A stretch of 64,000 nucleotides of DNA from Methanobacteriota archaeon (GTDB lineage: Archaea; JAADCQ01; Methanopyri; Methanopyrales; Methanopyraceae), in assembly GCA_027064425.1 (NCBI GenBank), contig JAMOPO010000015.1, forward strand, positions 64,001-128,000, written 5' to 3'. Each line of letters starts with the position of its first letter. Within the stretch, counting starts at the first letter, position 1. Positions 28,660 through 40,094 of this stretch are shown piece by piece. The translations under genes were made by a program, and so were the position numbers. The notes under the pieces are model-generated. The model was not told where the DNA came from, did not search any database, and worked only from the letters and a program-made list of their open reading frames with translations.

Positions 28660-30564
28660 TTACGGTACCGTCTGGACCCTGATCTCCCGCCCCTGGTGCA
28701 GGGCGCGCTCGAGCCGCTCGCCCACCGAGGTCTCCTTGCTCACCCGGACCTCTCCCTTCGACCCGACGGTGGCCGTGAACACGTACTCGTCCTCCACGAA
28801 CACCTTCACCGGCCGGCCCGCGAACCGCTCGCCGACGTGGAGCCGGATGTACTCACCGTCGTCCACGACCTCTAGGGGGAACTCCTCGCCCGACTCCACC
28901 TCGATCACCCTTCCCTCCGACTGTTGAGGTCCCTGAGGTCCCGGGGACTCCTGCCCTCCCCCCTCCCGCTCCTCGAGCGGCTTGACCACGATCTTCAGGC
29001 CGGTGCGGCGCTCGATCTGCTCGACGTTGCGGCCCCGCTTCCCGATGACCATGGGGACGACGTTCTCGGGTACGTAGACGGTGGCCTGGGAGCCCTTCAC
29101 CTCGACCTCCACCGGCACGCGCCCGCCCACGAACTTGCGCACCTCCCGCTCGATGACCTCCGCCGCGAGGCGCTCGGAGGGGGTTTCCTTCTCCTCGGCC
29201 TCCTTGACCGGGACGACGAAGACCTCCTCGCCGTACGTGTAGATCTCGTACTCCAGCTCGCCGGTCTCGAAGTCGCGCACCTCGACCACCGGTCGCGCGA
29301 GGTCCTCCTCCGTCATCCCCGTCGGGACCTTGACCGTCATGGAGACGTCGTACACCTTCTTGATCTCGCCGTCCTCGATGAAGATCACCGTGTCGACGAC
29401 CTGCGGGATGAGGCCCAGCTCGACCCGGCCGATGAGGCGCTGGATCGCGTCGATGGGCCGGGTCGCGTGCACGACGCCGATCATGCCCACGCCGGCGAGC
29501 CGCATGTCGGCGAAGACCTCGAAGTCCTTGGTCTTGCGCACCTCGTCGTAGATCGTGTAGTCCGGGCGGACGAGTAGCAGGATGTCCGCGGTCTTCTCCA
29601 TGTCCCCGTCCAGCGGGGCGTACTGAGTGATCTCGTCGCCCACCTGCAGGTCGCGCGGGCTCTCCATCGTCTTCACGATCTTGCCCTGCTTGGCGTAGAA
29701 CTCGGCCAGCGCCGCGCAGAACGTGGACTTACCGGAGCCGGGCGGTCCGGCGACCAGGATACCCTCCGCCTGCTCCTTCAGCCGCTTCTTCAGCTTGTCC
29801 GAGAGGTCATAGTCGTCCAGGGTGACCTTGACCACGGGCCGGACCGCGGTGATCTCCCAACCCTCGGAGAACGGTGGCCGGGCGATGGAGACTCGGAGGT
29901 CGCGCAGCTGGACGACGGTGGCGCCGCCCCGGTCGATCTCCACGAAGCTGTCCTCGTCGGAGTGGGCCTTCTCGATGATCTCCTGCGCCCAGCGCTCGAG
30001 CTCCTCCCGCGTGCACGGCTCGGGCCGCAGCTCGACGAGCTTCCAGTCTCCGGGCCGTCCGACCTTGGCCATCGGGGGCACGTTCTCCTTGAGGTGCAGG
30101 GACATCGCGTTCTCCGGCATCATCCGCTCGATCTCGGTCTCACCGGTCTTCGTGATCGGTTCGAAGTAGACGACCTCAATACCCTCGGCCTTGGCCACCT
30201 CGGCCTGCACCTTGTCGCTGGTGATCAGCGTCGCGTCGTACTCCTTCGCCACCTCCCGGATCATCGCGTCGATCTCACCGCTCCGGGCCAGCCGGATCTC
30301 CTCGAGCCCGGGCCGCTCGCCCGCGAACTTGACCTCGATGATGCCCTCGTCGGCCAGCTTCTGCAGCTCCTGGAGCTCCCGGAGCCCCGTGAACCCCGTC
30401 TCGCGCCCGCGGTTGGCCTGGTACTCCAGCTCGGAGACCACCGCCTTGGGGACGACGATGACCTTGCCCTCCAGGTACCCTTCCTCAACCAGCCTGGAGA
30501 TGCGGCCGTCCACGATGACGCTCGTGTCGGGTACCACGTGCTTGGTCTTCACCTCGATCTCCAT
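28660..30564 (-). CDS. PIN-domain ATPase with KH domains (PINA family)
   Basis: VPDTSVI PIN start, GPPGSGKST, MESPRDL, DEVR, GVVHAT, VIGKRG KH. Confidence 0.9.
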   Translation of the reverse strand: MEIEVKTKHVVPDTSVIVDGRISRLVEEGYLEGKVIVVPKAVVSELEYQANRGRETGFTGLRELQELQKLADEGIIEVKFAGERPGLEEIRLARSGEIDAMIREVAKEYDATLITSDKVQAEVAKAEGIEVVYFEPITKTGETEIERMMPENAMSLHLKENVPPMAKVGRPGDWKLVELRPEPCTREELERWAQEIIEKAHSDEDSFVEIDRGGATVVQLRDLRVSIARPPFSEGWEITAVRPVVKVTLDDYDLSDKLKKRLKEQAEGILVAGPPGSGKSTFCAALAEFYAKQGKIVKTMESPRDLQVGDEITQYAPLDGDMEKTADILLLVRPDYTIYDEVRKTKDFEVFADMRLAGVGMIGVVHATRPIDAIQRLIGRVELGLIPQVVDTVIFIEDGEIKKVYDVSMTVKVPTGMTEEDLARPVVEVRDFETGELEYEIYTYGEEVFVVPVKEAEEKETPSERLAAEVIEREVRKFVGGRVPVEVEVKGSQATVYVPENVVPMVIGKRGRNVEQIERRTGLKIVVKPLEEREGGGQESPGPQGPQQSEGRVIEVESGEEFPLEVVDDGEYIRLHVGERFAGRPVKVFVEDEYVFTATVGSKGEVRVSKETSVGERLERALHQGREIRVQTVP

Positions 30565-30593
30565 GGAGTAAGCACCATCCCTTTCGCCTCTTC

Positions 30594-31028
30594 TTATCGC
30601 CCGTAGACCTCATCAGGGTCGAAGACTCGCTCCTCGACGGTCGACAGACGGCCGTCTCGGGTGACGCGCCGGTAGAAGCACGTCTCGTAGCCCCTGTGAC
30701 AGGCTCCCCCCTCCTGCTCGACCAGGTAGAGCAGCGCGTCCTCGTCGCAGTCCACCCGGACCTCCCGAACCTTCTGGACGTGCCCCGACTCCTCCCCCTT
30801 TTTCCAGATTTCTCCCCGTGAAGTACTCCAGTAGTGCGCCAGCCCGGTCACCAGCGTGCGGAACACGGCCTCCTCGTTGGCGAACGCGGTCATGAGCACC
30901 TTGCCCGAGTCCACGTCCTGCGTGACCACCACGACGAGCGGCTCGCCGTTGATCTCGAACCGGTAGTTGAGCCGGGAGGCCAGGCGCTTCGCGGCCTCCT
31001 CATCCAGGGGGAGCTCGACGCCACTCAT
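30594..31028 (-). CDS. hisI: Phosphoribosyl-AMP cyclohydrolase
   Basis: [38 protein letters not shown]. Confidence 0.95.
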   Translation of the reverse strand: MSGVELPLDEEAAKRLASRLNYRFEINGEPLVVVVTQDVDSGKVLMTAFANEEAVFRTLVTGLAHYWSTSRGEIWKKGEESGHVQKVREVRVDCDEDALLYLVEQEGGACHRGYETCFYRRVTRDGRLSTVEERVFDPDEVYGR

Positions 31029-32287
31029 ACCTCAGCCGCCCGCTCGATCTCGTCCAGCGGAACCTCCTCCTGATCGCCCGTCTCCAGGTTCTTCACGGAG
31101 ATGTATCCGCCTTCAAGCTCTCGCTCCCCGATGATCACCGCGTAGTCATACCCCTTCGCGTCCGCCATGGAGAGGGCCTTCCGGATGTTCTTGCCCGAGA
31201 CCTCCACGTCCACGACCCAACCCAGCTCCCGGAGCTCCCGGGCCACCTCCCAGACCTTGCCGGACTTGACCAGCGGGATGAGCAGGGCCCGGGTCTCCTC
31301 GAACGCGTCCTCCGGGATCCGGTCGTAAACCTTGAGCGCCATCAGCAGCCGGTCGAATCCGATCGCCATGCCGACGGCGGGCACGTCGGGCCCGCCCAGG
31401 TCCCGGACCAGCGTGTCGTATCGGCCGCCACCGGCGCACTGGGACCCGCCGCCCAGCTCCGGAACGTGGATCTCGAAGACCATGCCCGTGTAGTAATCGA
31501 GGCCCCGGGCGACGGAGAAGTCGAGCTCGTGGTCGACGCCGGCCTCCTTCAGCTGGTCGGAGATCGTGAGGAGGTTCTCGAGCGCCTCCTCGGCCGGCTC
31601 GGCTCCGGAGATGGCCTCCTCCACCTCGTCCACGGACTCCGCGGTGACGATCTGCAGCACGCGCTCGGCCGCGTCCTCGGGCAAGACCTCCCGAACCTCA
31701 TCCAGCTCGCCCTTGTCGACCAGGTGCGCGACCTTGTTCTGCTTCTCCTCGCCGATTCCGTGCTCCTCCAGCAGCCCTCGAAGGATGCCGAGGTGGCCGA
31801 CCCGGGTCTCGAAGGCGTCACTCGGGAGCAGGTCGTCGAAGATCCCGTGGGTGAGCTCGATCACCTCGACGTCCGCCTCGGGCTCGGACGATCCGATGAC
31901 CTCGACACCAGCCTGCCAGAACTCGCGCCATCGACCGCGCTGTGGCTGCTCGTACCGGAAGCAGTTCACGAAGTAGCACAGCTTGAGCGGGTGCGGCCGG
32001 GTCTTCAGCGAGTCGTTGTACATTCTGACCACGGGCGCCGTCATCTCGGGTCGGAGGGCCAGCCGGCGGCCCTTCTTGTCCTCGAACACGTACATCTCCT
32101 CGAGGATCTCCTCGCCGGACTTTTCCTCGAAGAGTCGGGCGTGCTCGAAGGTGGGGGTGAGGACCTCCTCGTACCCGTACGACTGGAACCGCTCCCGTAG
32201 GAACTCCTCCAGCCACCGCCGGGCTCGCATCTCCTCGGGCTCGAAGTCCCGGGTGCCCTTAGGCCTCGCTATCCGCACGGGCCTCAC
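31025..32287 (-). CDS. hisS: Histidyl-tRNA synthetase
   Basis: [43 protein letters not shown]. Confidence 0.96.
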   Translation of the reverse strand: MRPVRIARPKGTRDFEPEEMRARRWLEEFLRERFQSYGYEEVLTPTFEHARLFEEKSGEEILEEMYVFEDKKGRRLALRPEMTAPVVRMYNDSLKTRPHPLKLCYFVNCFRYEQPQRGRWREFWQAGVEVIGSSEPEADVEVIELTHGIFDDLLPSDAFETRVGHLGILRGLLEEHGIGEEKQNKVAHLVDKGELDEVREVLPEDAAERVLQIVTAESVDEVEEAISGAEPAEEALENLLTISDQLKEAGVDHELDFSVARGLDYYTGMVFEIHVPELGGGSQCAGGGRYDTLVRDLGGPDVPAVGMAIGFDRLLMALKVYDRIPEDAFEETRALLIPLVKSGKVWEVARELRELGWVVDVEVSGKNIRKALSMADAKGYDYAVIIGERELEGGYISVKNLETGDQEEVPLDEIERAAEV

Positions 32288-33638
32288 CCCACCCCTTCCG
32301 GCCCATCATCGCGATGAAGAACCCGCACGTGTCGTGCCGGTGGGGGAAGAGTCGGCAGGCCTCCGGCATGTCGAAGCCCGGGTCGCCGACCTGCACGTCG
32401 ATGAGCTCGAAGTCCGGGTTGCGCTCCAGGAACTTTCGAACCACTTCCTCGTTCTCCTCCGGGAACATCGAGCACGTCGAGTAGACGATCCTGCCGCCGG
32501 GCTTGACGAGCCTTGCTCCCGCCTCCAGCAGCTCCAGCTGGAACTTGGGCAGCCGCTCCACCTCATCCTTCGTGATCCTCCACCGCCGCTCCGGATTCTT
32601 CCGGATCGTTCCGTCGGCGGAGCACGGCGGGTCCACGAGCACGGCGTCGGCGAAGCCCTCACCGAGCTCCTCCGGCGCCTCCCGGCCGTCCATCAGGTGC
32701 GTCTCGATGCAGTCCAGAACGCCCAGCTTGCCCGCGATCTCGACCAGCCGGTCCATCCTCGTCTCGTCGATGTCGATGGCGATGATCTTGCCCTCGCAGC
32801 CCATGAGCTGCGCCATGTGCGTGGTCTTGCCGCCGGGAGCCGCGCACAGGTCGACCACGACCTCGCCCGGCTTCGGGTTCAGGACGGCTGAGGCCAGCGC
32901 GGCCGCCTCGTCCTGGACCACGAACAGGCCCTCGTCCCACTCGTCCATCACCGCGATCGGAAGGCCCTCCGGGATGCGTAGGATCTCCTCCAGGAACCGG
33001 CCGGGCTTGACCGTGACCTCGTACTTCCTCTCAAGGTGCTCCGCCAGCTCCTTCGGCTCGATCTTCAGGGTGTTCACGCGGATGCACAGGGGCGGCTCGG
33101 TGTTGTTGGCCTCGAGCAGCTGCAGGACCTCCTCCTCGTCCCCGAGCATCTCGAACCAGCGCTCGATGAGCCACCGCGGGTGGTAGTACTTCCACTTCAG
33201 CTCGTCCAGCTCGTCCTCCGGCTCCGGGAGCTCGTAATCCTCGAGGTCCAGGGTGAACGCCTTCACGATGGCCGCGGCGCCCGGATTGTCCAGCTCCCGG
33301 ACGAGATCGTGCAGGACCTCCGCGACCTCCTCCGGGTCCTTACCCTCGAACACGACCTCGTTGGCCGCGATTCGGCAGGCGTTGCGCACCCACCGATCCA
33401 GGTCCGCCACGTCGTCCGCCAGCTCCAACACGTCAGTAACGATCTCGTCCAACAGGCCGCGCTTTTGCATGATCGTGTACAGCATGCCCGCGGAGATGGA
33501 CCGGGCCTCGCGGGAGGGCTTGACCTCCTTCAGCACCAGCCGGCGGGCGTACTGCGTCGGCTTGATCTTCTCCGCTTTAACCATCGTTCTTAGGACGATT
33601 TCCACCGCTTCCTTGTAGGTCGCGTCGACCTCCGACAC
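32259..33638 (-). CDS. RsmB/NOL1/NOP2/Sun RNA m5C methyltransferase with NusB-like N-terminus
   Basis: [37 protein letters not shown]. Confidence 0.92.
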   Translation of the reverse strand: MSEVDATYKEAVEIVLRTMVKAEKIKPTQYARRLVLKEVKPSREARSISAGMLYTIMQKRGLLDEIVTDVLELADDVADLDRWVRNACRIAANEVVFEGKDPEEVAEVLHDLVRELDNPGAAAIVKAFTLDLEDYELPEPEDELDELKWKYYHPRWLIERWFEMLGDEEEVLQLLEANNTEPPLCIRVNTLKIEPKELAEHLERKYEVTVKPGRFLEEILRIPEGLPIAVMDEWDEGLFVVQDEAAALASAVLNPKPGEVVVDLCAAPGGKTTHMAQLMGCEGKIIAIDIDETRMDRLVEIAGKLGVLDCIETHLMDGREAPEELGEGFADAVLVDPPCSADGTIRKNPERRWRITKDEVERLPKFQLELLEAGARLVKPGGRIVYSTCSMFPEENEEVVRKFLERNPDFELIDVQVGDPGFDMPEACRLFPHRHDTCGFFIAMMGRKGWGEARADSEA

Positions 33639-34548
33639 GTCCCACTGCTACCCCCTGCCACCGAAGGTTCTTCCCAAGCGTATCGTCTCTCTCCCGTATG
33701 TACCTCCGGAGCGTATTAAGAAGATGGTGGTAGTTGTCCAGGGGCAGCTCCCTGGGTGATCCCAGGATGCACCCCTTGAACATCCCATTGTGGGTTATTC
33801 TGATCCTGGAGCACGCCCTACACATCACCCCATCCTCGGGCTTTACGGTCTCGAGCATCACCCCGTTCTCGAGCTCGTAAACCCTCCTGTTTTGAAATCT
33901 CCTAACCCTCGTCAGCCTCGGCCCGAGGTCCGACAGGGCCTCCAGCGCCTCCTCCACGGTCGCGGGCCGCAGCTCGGCGCCCGCGCTCGGAGCCGCCATC
34001 GGCTCGATCAGCTGCAGCCGCACGTCCTCACCGGCCACCTCCTCCACGAGCTCACGGAGGCCGGCGAGCGTCTCCCGAAACAGCACCACGTTGACCTTCA
34101 CCGGGGTCAACCCAGCGGAGACCGCCGCCTCGATCCCTCGCACCACGCCGCGCGGGGAGAACCCGGATCGGGTAATCCGGCGGTACAGGCGGGGATCGAG
34201 CGTGTCCAGGCTGACGTTGACCCGGTCCAAGCCGGCCTCCCGCAGCTCCTCCGCCCGACAGCGCAGCAGTGACCCGTTCGTCACCAGGGACACGTCCCGG
34301 AAGTGGTCACGGACGCCCTCGATGATCCAGGGAAGGTCCTCGCGCAGCGTGGGCTCGCCGCCCGTGAGCTTGACCCGGCGGATCCCCAGGTCGGCGCAGG
34401 CCCGGAGGACGCGCACCCACTCCCGCCACGAGAGCTCTCGACCCGCGGGTTCCTCCCCCTCCCGGTGGCAGTAGACGCAGTCCATGTTACACCGAAGGGT
34501 CACCGTGGCGCGAACGCTGTCGACGCGCCGGCCGAGGGCGTCCCTCAC
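33577..34548 (-). CDS. moaA: GTP 3',8-cyclase (radical SAM)
   Basis: DALGR, CNMDCVYCHREG, LTGGEP, NVSLDTL, CRACSRIRIT..KGC. Confidence 0.88.
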   Translation of the reverse strand: MRDALGRRVDSVRATVTLRCNMDCVYCHREGEEPAGRELSWREWVRVLRACADLGIRRVKLTGGEPTLREDLPWIIEGVRDHFRDVSLVTNGSLLRCRAEELREAGLDRVNVSLDTLDPRLYRRITRSGFSPRGVVRGIEAAVSAGLTPVKVNVVLFRETLAGLRELVEEVAGEDVRLQLIEPMAAPSAGAELRPATVEEALEALSDLGPRLTRVRRFQNRRVYELENGVMLETVKPEDGVMCRACSRIRITHNGMFKGCILGSPRELPLDNYHHLLNTLRRYIRERDDTLGKNLRWQGVAVGRVGGRRDLQGSGGNRPKNDG

Positions 34549-34566
34549 CGAGGGTCCCCCGGGTGG

Positions 34567-35790
34567 TTAGGCGGGGAGGAGGGCGTAAATCCGGCAGTAG
34601 ATGACGCCGCCGATCTCCGGCTTACCCTTGAACCCCATCTCGATCAGTATCGGGTACGGCTTGTTGTTGTAAACGACGACGTCCTCCGTCGGGTGGAACC
34701 CGTACTCCATCGGGTGCTCCCCTCCACTGATCCCACGGGGCCACGGCAGCCCGGCCGCCAGACAGGCGTCCCTCAGCGCCCGCGCCGGCGGGCAGCAGCC
34801 GTGCGCCCCCTTCTCGTACCCCGGCACGGAGAACACGTCGAAGTACCGGCGCTTACCGTGCGTCCACGAGTGCGGCGGGACGATCACACCGTTCCAGCCC
34901 TGGCACATCCTGACGGCGTTCCGGAGCCGCATGTCGTCGTGCGACCCGACGCCCTCCATGGTCGTCTCAGCCTCGCCGATGAGCTTCTTGCGGTACTTGC
35001 CGATCCACACCACGACCGCGGAGTAGTCGGCCATCTCCACCATGCGGCGGTAGGCCCGCTCTCCGAAGACCTTCTTGACCTCCTGCTCCGTCATCGGTCG
35101 GCGACCGTCGTAGAACCTCAGCTCGGAGACCAGCACCGCGCGCTGACCGACGTCGGCCTCCCTCAGGTACTTCACCTTGTCCTCGCCGTACCTGCGCGCG
35201 ACCTCGTCGAGCGTCATCCTCTTGCCGTTGACCTCCACCTCGTTCGGCCCGACCTTGACCGCCACCACCTTCGGGACCTTTCGCCCCCACACCACCAGAC
35301 CCGGTCGCTTGACGTGCAGGTGACCGTCCTTGATCAGCACGACCCCGGGCCCGGTGTACTTGGCCACGATCCAGCCCTCGCTGATGCGATAGTCCCCGTG
35401 CACCCACCGCTCCGCGGGCGACGGGACGATGCCCAGGAACACCGCCGACAGGGCCGCCGGCGCCCCGTACTCACTGATGGCCCGGCCGGCGTAGCCCGGG
35501 TGCGCCCAGACGCTGTACCACGGGAGGGAGTACACGCTGGCGATCCGCTGCCCGCCCCAGACGGTCTCGCCGCTGCGGACTCGGTAGTGGGGCTTCCCTG
35601 ACGAGACCGCCAGGGCAACGTGTCCGGCGGCCTGGCCGAGCCCGATGACGATGGCCAGCAGGACCGGGATGGCCCGGGCGTACCCAACCTCCTTTACCCA
35701 GCCCGGTAGGTTCCTGATGCGGTCCCACGCCCACTGAAGGGGGTTGGGCTTCCTCCCTGGTCCACCACTCCTGCCGCTCTTCACGATCAT
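34567..35790 (-). CDS. Membrane-anchored protein with C-terminal VanW-like domain
   Basis: N-terminal TM; RNAVRMCQGWNGVIVPP...HGCCPPARALRDACLAAGL...DVVVYNNKPYPILI. Confidence 0.7.
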   Translation of the reverse strand: MIVKSGRSGGPGRKPNPLQWAWDRIRNLPGWVKEVGYARAIPVLLAIVIGLGQAAGHVALAVSSGKPHYRVRSGETVWGGQRIASVYSLPWYSVWAHPGYAGRAISEYGAPAALSAVFLGIVPSPAERWVHGDYRISEGWIVAKYTGPGVVLIKDGHLHVKRPGLVVWGRKVPKVVAVKVGPNEVEVNGKRMTLDEVARRYGEDKVKYLREADVGQRAVLVSELRFYDGRRPMTEQEVKKVFGERAYRRMVEMADYSAVVVWIGKYRKKLIGEAETTMEGVGSHDDMRLRNAVRMCQGWNGVIVPPHSWTHGKRRYFDVFSVPGYEKGAHGCCPPARALRDACLAAGLPWPRGISGGEHPMEYGFHPTEDVVVYNNKPYPILIEMGFKGKPEIGGVIYCRIYALLPA

Positions 35791-35853
35791 CCCCCCCGGC
35801 GCCCCCCTCCGATACATTTTTATATAACTGCCGTGGTGCGGCGCCCGGGAGGC

Positions 35854-35931
35854 CCGGCCGCAGCTCAGTCTGGCTAGAGCGCGGGACTGTAGATCCCGTG
35901 GTCCCGGGTTCAAATCCCGGCGGCCGGACCA
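35854..35931 (+). tRNA. tRNA-Tyr(GTA), intronless, encoded CCA, C at position 8
   Basis: CCGGCCG/CGGCCGG acceptor (C1-G72), CGGGA-CTGTAGA-TCCCG, GGTTCAAATCC; TTTTTATATA at about 35817-35826. Confidence 0.96.
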
Positions 35932-36026
35932 CCGGAAATCGTTACGAGGGTCGTAACGTTAACCGGGTTCCCGGTTCGGTGAACTTTTATTCCCGGGTCG
36001 TGAGGTCAACCACCGGGGCCGCCGAC

Positions 36027-36719
36027 ATGAAGGTGACCTGGCTGGGCCACGCCGCCTTCGAGATCGAGCTGGACGGCGTCAACGTGCTGATCGACCCGTT
36101 CCTGAGCGGGAACCCGAAGGCGGCGAAGTCGCCCGAGGAGGTGGAGCCCGACCTGGTTCTGGTCACGCACGGGCACTCGGACCACCTCGGCGACGCCATC
36201 GACATCTGCAAGCGGACTGGGGCGACCCTGGTCGGGATCTACGAGGTGGCGGTCTACGCTCAGAATCAGGGCGTGGAGAACGTCGAGGAGATGAACATTG
36301 GCGGCACCATCGAGGTGGAGGGGCTCAAGATCACGCAGGTGCCCGCCTGGCACTCCTCCGAGATCGTGGAGGAGGACGAGATCGTGGCCGGCGGCACCCC
36401 GGTGGGGTACGTGGTCTCGGGTGACGAGGGCACCGTGTACCACGCGGGCGACACGGGCCTGTCCATGGACATGAAGCTGATCGGCGAGCTCTACGAGCCG
36501 GACGTGGCGCTGCTGCCCATCGGCAGCCGGTTCACGATGGGTCCGAAGGAGGCCGCGAAGGCCGTGGAGCTGATCGAGCCGGACGTGGCGATCCCGATGC
36601 ACTACGGCACGTTCCCGCCGATCGAGCAGGACCCGGAGGAGTTCAAGCGGGAGGTTGAGCGGCTGGACGTGGACACGGAGGTGGTGATACTGGAGCCCGG
36701 AGAGTCCTACGAGCTGTAA
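36027..36719 (+). CDS. Metal-dependent hydrolase, metallo-beta-lactamase fold (UPF0173-like)
   Basis: WLGHAAF, IDPFL, THGHSDH, YHAGDT, IPMHYGTF. Confidence 0.92.
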   Translation: MKVTWLGHAAFEIELDGVNVLIDPFLSGNPKAAKSPEEVEPDLVLVTHGHSDHLGDAIDICKRTGATLVGIYEVAVYAQNQGVENVEEMNIGGTIEVEGLKITQVPAWHSSEIVEEDEIVAGGTPVGYVVSGDEGTVYHAGDTGLSMDMKLIGELYEPDVALLPIGSRFTMGPKEAAKAVELIEPDVAIPMHYGTFPPIEQDPEEFKREVERLDVDTEVVILEPGESYEL

Positions 36720-36802
36720 GCGACCCGGGGTGGTCAAGGCAGCGGTGTGATGAGCACCTTTCCGGCTGAAAGCAGATGAAGAGCGCCGTCGGGCCTGACC
36801 GC

Positions 36803-37531
36803 TCAGGGCTCCCGCTCCTTCTTTTCCCGAGCCTTCACTAATTCCAGGTTCACGTGGTCCAGGAACCGGACGGCGGCCAGTCCCGTCGCGCACGCCACCA
36901 GGACCACCCCGAGCAGGCCGGCGCCCAGCCTCGACGCCACGAAGGCTCCTCCCAGCCCCGCGAAGGTCATCGCGGCCACCGTCACCGCGGTGAGGGCGGG
37001 GAGCCGACCCGGCTCCTTCAGGCACTCGCGTATGAGCTCGAAGGAGCCGGTCCTCCACGGGAGCAGGTACCCCGTTAGGACGGAGACGGCCGCGATCCCG
37101 GCGTAAACGGCCGGGCTCAGCGGCCACCAGGCGGCCTCCGCCAGCGCCAGGGCCACCGAGCCCGCGGTCCACGCCAGGCACCGGCGCTCGAGGCGCGACC
37201 TGACGACCTCGGGGCGCTCGAAGCCCCCGACCGGCGTGACGCGCAGGAAGGCCCGTCCGGCCCACAGCAGCCTCTTCTCGCCCCCGGCGAGCTCGGCCAG
37301 GGTGTCGACGAGTCGGTCCTCCAGCCTCCGGGCCGCCTCCTCGTCGCCCTTAACCAGCACCCAGAGCTGGTCCACCCGCCGGACGACGCCCACGGAGCGG
37401 CGGTAGCCGAGCGCCCGGATCTCCTCCACGCCCTCCGGGGCCGCGTCCCGGAGCACCTCCTCGAGGTCCAGCTCGGCCCCTGTGAGCCGCTTCCAGACCT
37501 CTCTCGCCCTCGCGGAGAGGTCCACGCGCAT
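36803..37531 (-). CDS. Hypothetical membrane protein
   Basis: Soluble N-terminus plus about 4 hydrophobic segments; follows hypE. Confidence 0.6.
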   Translation of the reverse strand: MRVDLSARAREVWKRLTGAELDLEEVLRDAAPEGVEEIRALGYRRSVGVVRRVDQLWVLVKGDEEAARRLEDRLVDTLAELAGGEKRLLWAGRAFLRVTPVGGFERPEVVRSRLERRCLAWTAGSVALALAEAAWWPLSPAVYAGIAAVSVLTGYLLPWRTGSFELIRECLKEPGRLPALTAVTVAAMTFAGLGGAFVASRLGAGLLGVVLVACATGLAAVRFLDHVNLELVKAREKKEREP

Positions 37532-37535
37532 CCCT

Positions 37536-38531
37536 TCAGCACACCCTCGGGACGGGGTCGCCCACCGGCTTCTCAACGATCCTGGTGCCACCGACCTCGG
37601 TCTCCATCTCGACCCGGGGCGGGCCCTCCTCCACCCGGCCGATGATCTCGGCGTCCTTCCCCACCCTCGTCGACCGGATGGCCTCGAGCACGTCCTCCGC
37701 GACCTCGCCCTTCACGCCGATCACGGCCTTGCCCTCGTTGGCCACGTGCAGCGGGTCCACCCCGAGCATCTCGGAGAGGACCTTCACCTCCTCCCGGATG
37801 GGCAGCCGCTCCTCCTCGATGACGATCCTGACCCCCGACTTCTCCGCCATCTCGTTCAGCGCGCCCGCCAGCCCGCCGCGGGTCGGGTCCTTCATCGCGG
37901 TGACGCCGCCCACCTCGAGCGCCGCCTCGACGGCCTCCCAGACCGGGGCCACGTCGGACTTCAGGTCCGTCTCCAGCCCCTGCTGGGCCGCGAGGATCGC
38001 CATACCGTGGTCGCCGATCGTGCCCGTGACCAGGATGGCGTCGCCGGGCTGCAGCCCGGAGTCGCGGACGAGTCGGACCACCTCGCCGACGCCGGTCATG
38101 GTCACGATGACGTCCACCTCGCCCGTGTTGCCCACCTTCGTGTCGCCCGTGATCAGGTGGGCGTCCACCTCCTCGAGCACCTCGTTGATCGACCGGTAGA
38201 TGCGCTTCAGGTCCTCGATCGGGAACCCCTCCTTCACGACGATGGAGCAGGCGAATGCGACGGGCCGCGCGCCCATCACGGCCAGGTCGTTGGCCGTGCC
38301 GGCCGCCGCGAGTCGGCCGATGTCCCCGCCGGGGAAGAACGGCGGGTCCACGATGTGCGCGTCGGTGGTGAGCACCATCTCGCCCTCGCTGGCCGGGAAC
38401 GTGGCCCCGTCGTCCAGGTCCTCCAGCGTGACCGAGCCCTCACCGGACCTGGAGATCAGCGGGAGGAGCTCCCCGAGCAGCTCCTCCATCATCTCGCCGC
38501 CCGCGCCGTGCTCGCGGCGCACCTCGGACAC
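37536..38531 (-). CDS. hypE: Hydrogenase maturation carbamoyl dehydratase
   Basis: [31 protein letters not shown]-terminal PRVC. Confidence 0.96.
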   Translation of the reverse strand: MSEVRREHGAGGEMMEELLGELLPLISRSGEGSVTLEDLDDGATFPASEGEMVLTTDAHIVDPPFFPGGDIGRLAAAGTANDLAVMGARPVAFACSIVVKEGFPIEDLKRIYRSINEVLEEVDAHLITGDTKVGNTGEVDVIVTMTGVGEVVRLVRDSGLQPGDAILVTGTIGDHGMAILAAQQGLETDLKSDVAPVWEAVEAALEVGGVTAMKDPTRGGLAGALNEMAEKSGVRIVIEEERLPIREEVKVLSEMLGVDPLHVANEGKAVIGVKGEVAEDVLEAIRSTRVGKDAEIIGRVEEGPPRVEMETEVGGTRIVEKPVGDPVPRVC

Positions 38532-38592
38532 GCGCCGTCCCCCCGGCAGCTTTTTTACCCGAGCTCACCCGCGGGCCCGGGGGTGTGGAGCG

Positions 38593-39024
38593 ATGGGTGT
38601 GTGGCACGGTAGGTCGCTGAGGAAGCCGACGGGAGGCAGGATCCGACCGCACAGGAAGAAGCGGAAGTACGAGATGGGCAACCCACCGACCGAGACGCTG
38701 GTCGGTGACAAGATGAAGATCAAGGAGCGCCGCGGTATGGGAGGGAACATCAAGCAGGGCCTGAAGTTCGCGTCGCACGCCAACGTCGCGGACCCCGAAA
38801 CGGGCGAGGTCAAGAACGTTCGGATCCTGGAGGTGGTCAAGAACCCCGCCTCGCAGTACTACGAGCGGCACGGCGTGATCACCAAGGGGGCGATCATCCG
38901 GACGGAGATCGGGCTGGCGAAGGTGACCAACCGGCCCGGCCAGGAGCCGGTGGTGAACGCGGTCCTGATCAAGAAGGAGGAAGAGGAGGAGTCCGAGTCC
39001 GAGGAGGAGTCAGAGGGTGAGTAG
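38593..39024 (+). CDS. rps8e: 30S ribosomal protein S8e
   Basis: [31 protein letters not shown]; acidic tail. Confidence 0.96.
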   Translation: MGVWHGRSLRKPTGGRIRPHRKKRKYEMGNPPTETLVGDKMKIKERRGMGGNIKQGLKFASHANVADPETGEVKNVRILEVVKNPASQYYERHGVITKGAIIRTEIGLAKVTNRPGQEPVVNAVLIKKEEEEESESEEESEGE

Positions 39025-39669
39025 GCGCCTCGACAGCTCGTCCATGCCCTCCCCCGTCTTCACGCTCGTCCGGTAAATCTCGATGTCCGGGTTGATCTCC
39101 CGCGCCGCCTCGACCATCTTCTCGACCGAGACTCCGCACGGCTCGGCCAGGTCGACCTTGTTGATGACCAGCACGTCACCCTCCCGGATGATCATCGGGT
39201 GCTTGCCGACCACGTCCTCACCCTCCGTGGCCGAGACGACGATGACCCGCTCGTGCGCCCCGACCGGGAAGTCCGCGGGGCAGACCAGGTTCCCCACGTT
39301 CTCGATGAACAGCACGTCGAGCTCGTCCAGATCGACCTCCTCCTCCAGGTGCTCCAGCCCGTGCTGCACCATGTGCGCGTCCAGGTGACACTCGCGTCCC
39401 GTGTTCAGCCCGACCACGGGCACGCCGAGGCGCTTGAACCGCCGCTCATCGTACTCGCTCACGACGTCCCCGGCGAGCACGGCGAAGGAGTACTCGTCCC
39501 CGTGCTCGCGGATGATCCACTCGATGATTGAGGTCTTCCCGGAGCCGATCGAGCCCAGGAGCTCGACGGCCCTAACCCCGTGATCCTCCAGGTGCTGCCT
39601 CACCTCCTTCGCCAGGTTCTCGTTAACCTTCAGCAGGTCCTCGGAAACGTCGACCTCCACTTTATGCAT
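39010..39669 (-). CDS. hypB: Hydrogenase nickel incorporation GTPase
   Basis: [34 protein letters not shown]. Confidence 0.95.
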   Translation of the reverse strand: MHKVEVDVSEDLLKVNENLAKEVRQHLEDHGVRAVELLGSIGSGKTSIIEWIIREHGDEYSFAVLAGDVVSEYDERRFKRLGVPVVGLNTGRECHLDAHMVQHGLEHLEEEVDLDELDVLFIENVGNLVCPADFPVGAHERVIVVSATEGEDVVGKHPMIIREGDVLVINKVDLAEPCGVSVEKMVEAAREINPDIEIYRTSVKTGEGMDELSRRLLTL

Positions 39670-39674
39670 GAGAA

Positions 39675-40094
39675 TCACCCAAGCTCCAGCCTGATCGAGC
39701 GGACTTCGCACGAGTCACCGTCCCGGATCTCTACCGACTTGGACCCGCACTTCGGGCACTTTAAGTCGAGGAGCGAGGGAAGCTCGTCCGAGCCGAACGC
39801 GGCGTGGAGCGCTGGATCCTGAAGATCCTTTAAAGATTCCTCTTCGTCCGTCCGCCACTCCGCTCCGCACTCCCGGCACCGCAACCGCCCGCGCTCCAGC
39901 TCGATCTCGAACTCGGCCCCCTCGGCCGGGGTCCCCTCCGCCAGCGCCTCCAGGCAGAACCGGAGCTGCTCCGGGTTCACAAGGGTGAACTCGCCGACCC
40001 GGATCTCGACCTTGAGAACTCGCTCCGCCCCGCGGTCCTCCGCGATCTCTAAAACCGTGTCCAGGATCGACTGGGCGAGGCTCAGCTCGTGCAA
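39675..40094 (-). CDS. hypA: Hydrogenase nickel metallochaperone
   Basis: (M)HELSLA start, CRECG and CPKCGS Zn sites. Confidence 0.93.
   Translation of the reverse strand: MHELSLAQSILDTVLEIAEDRGAERVLKVEIRVGEFTLVNPEQLRFCLEALAEGTPAEGAEFEIELERGRLRCRECGAEWRTDEEESLKDLQDPALHAAFGSDELPSLLDLKCPKCGSKSVEIRDGDSCEVRSIRLELG

Noticed and set aside
28660-30564. PIN domain as a VapC toxin
   Set aside because: Fused to ATPase and KH domains; conserved archaeal PINA family with no antitoxin
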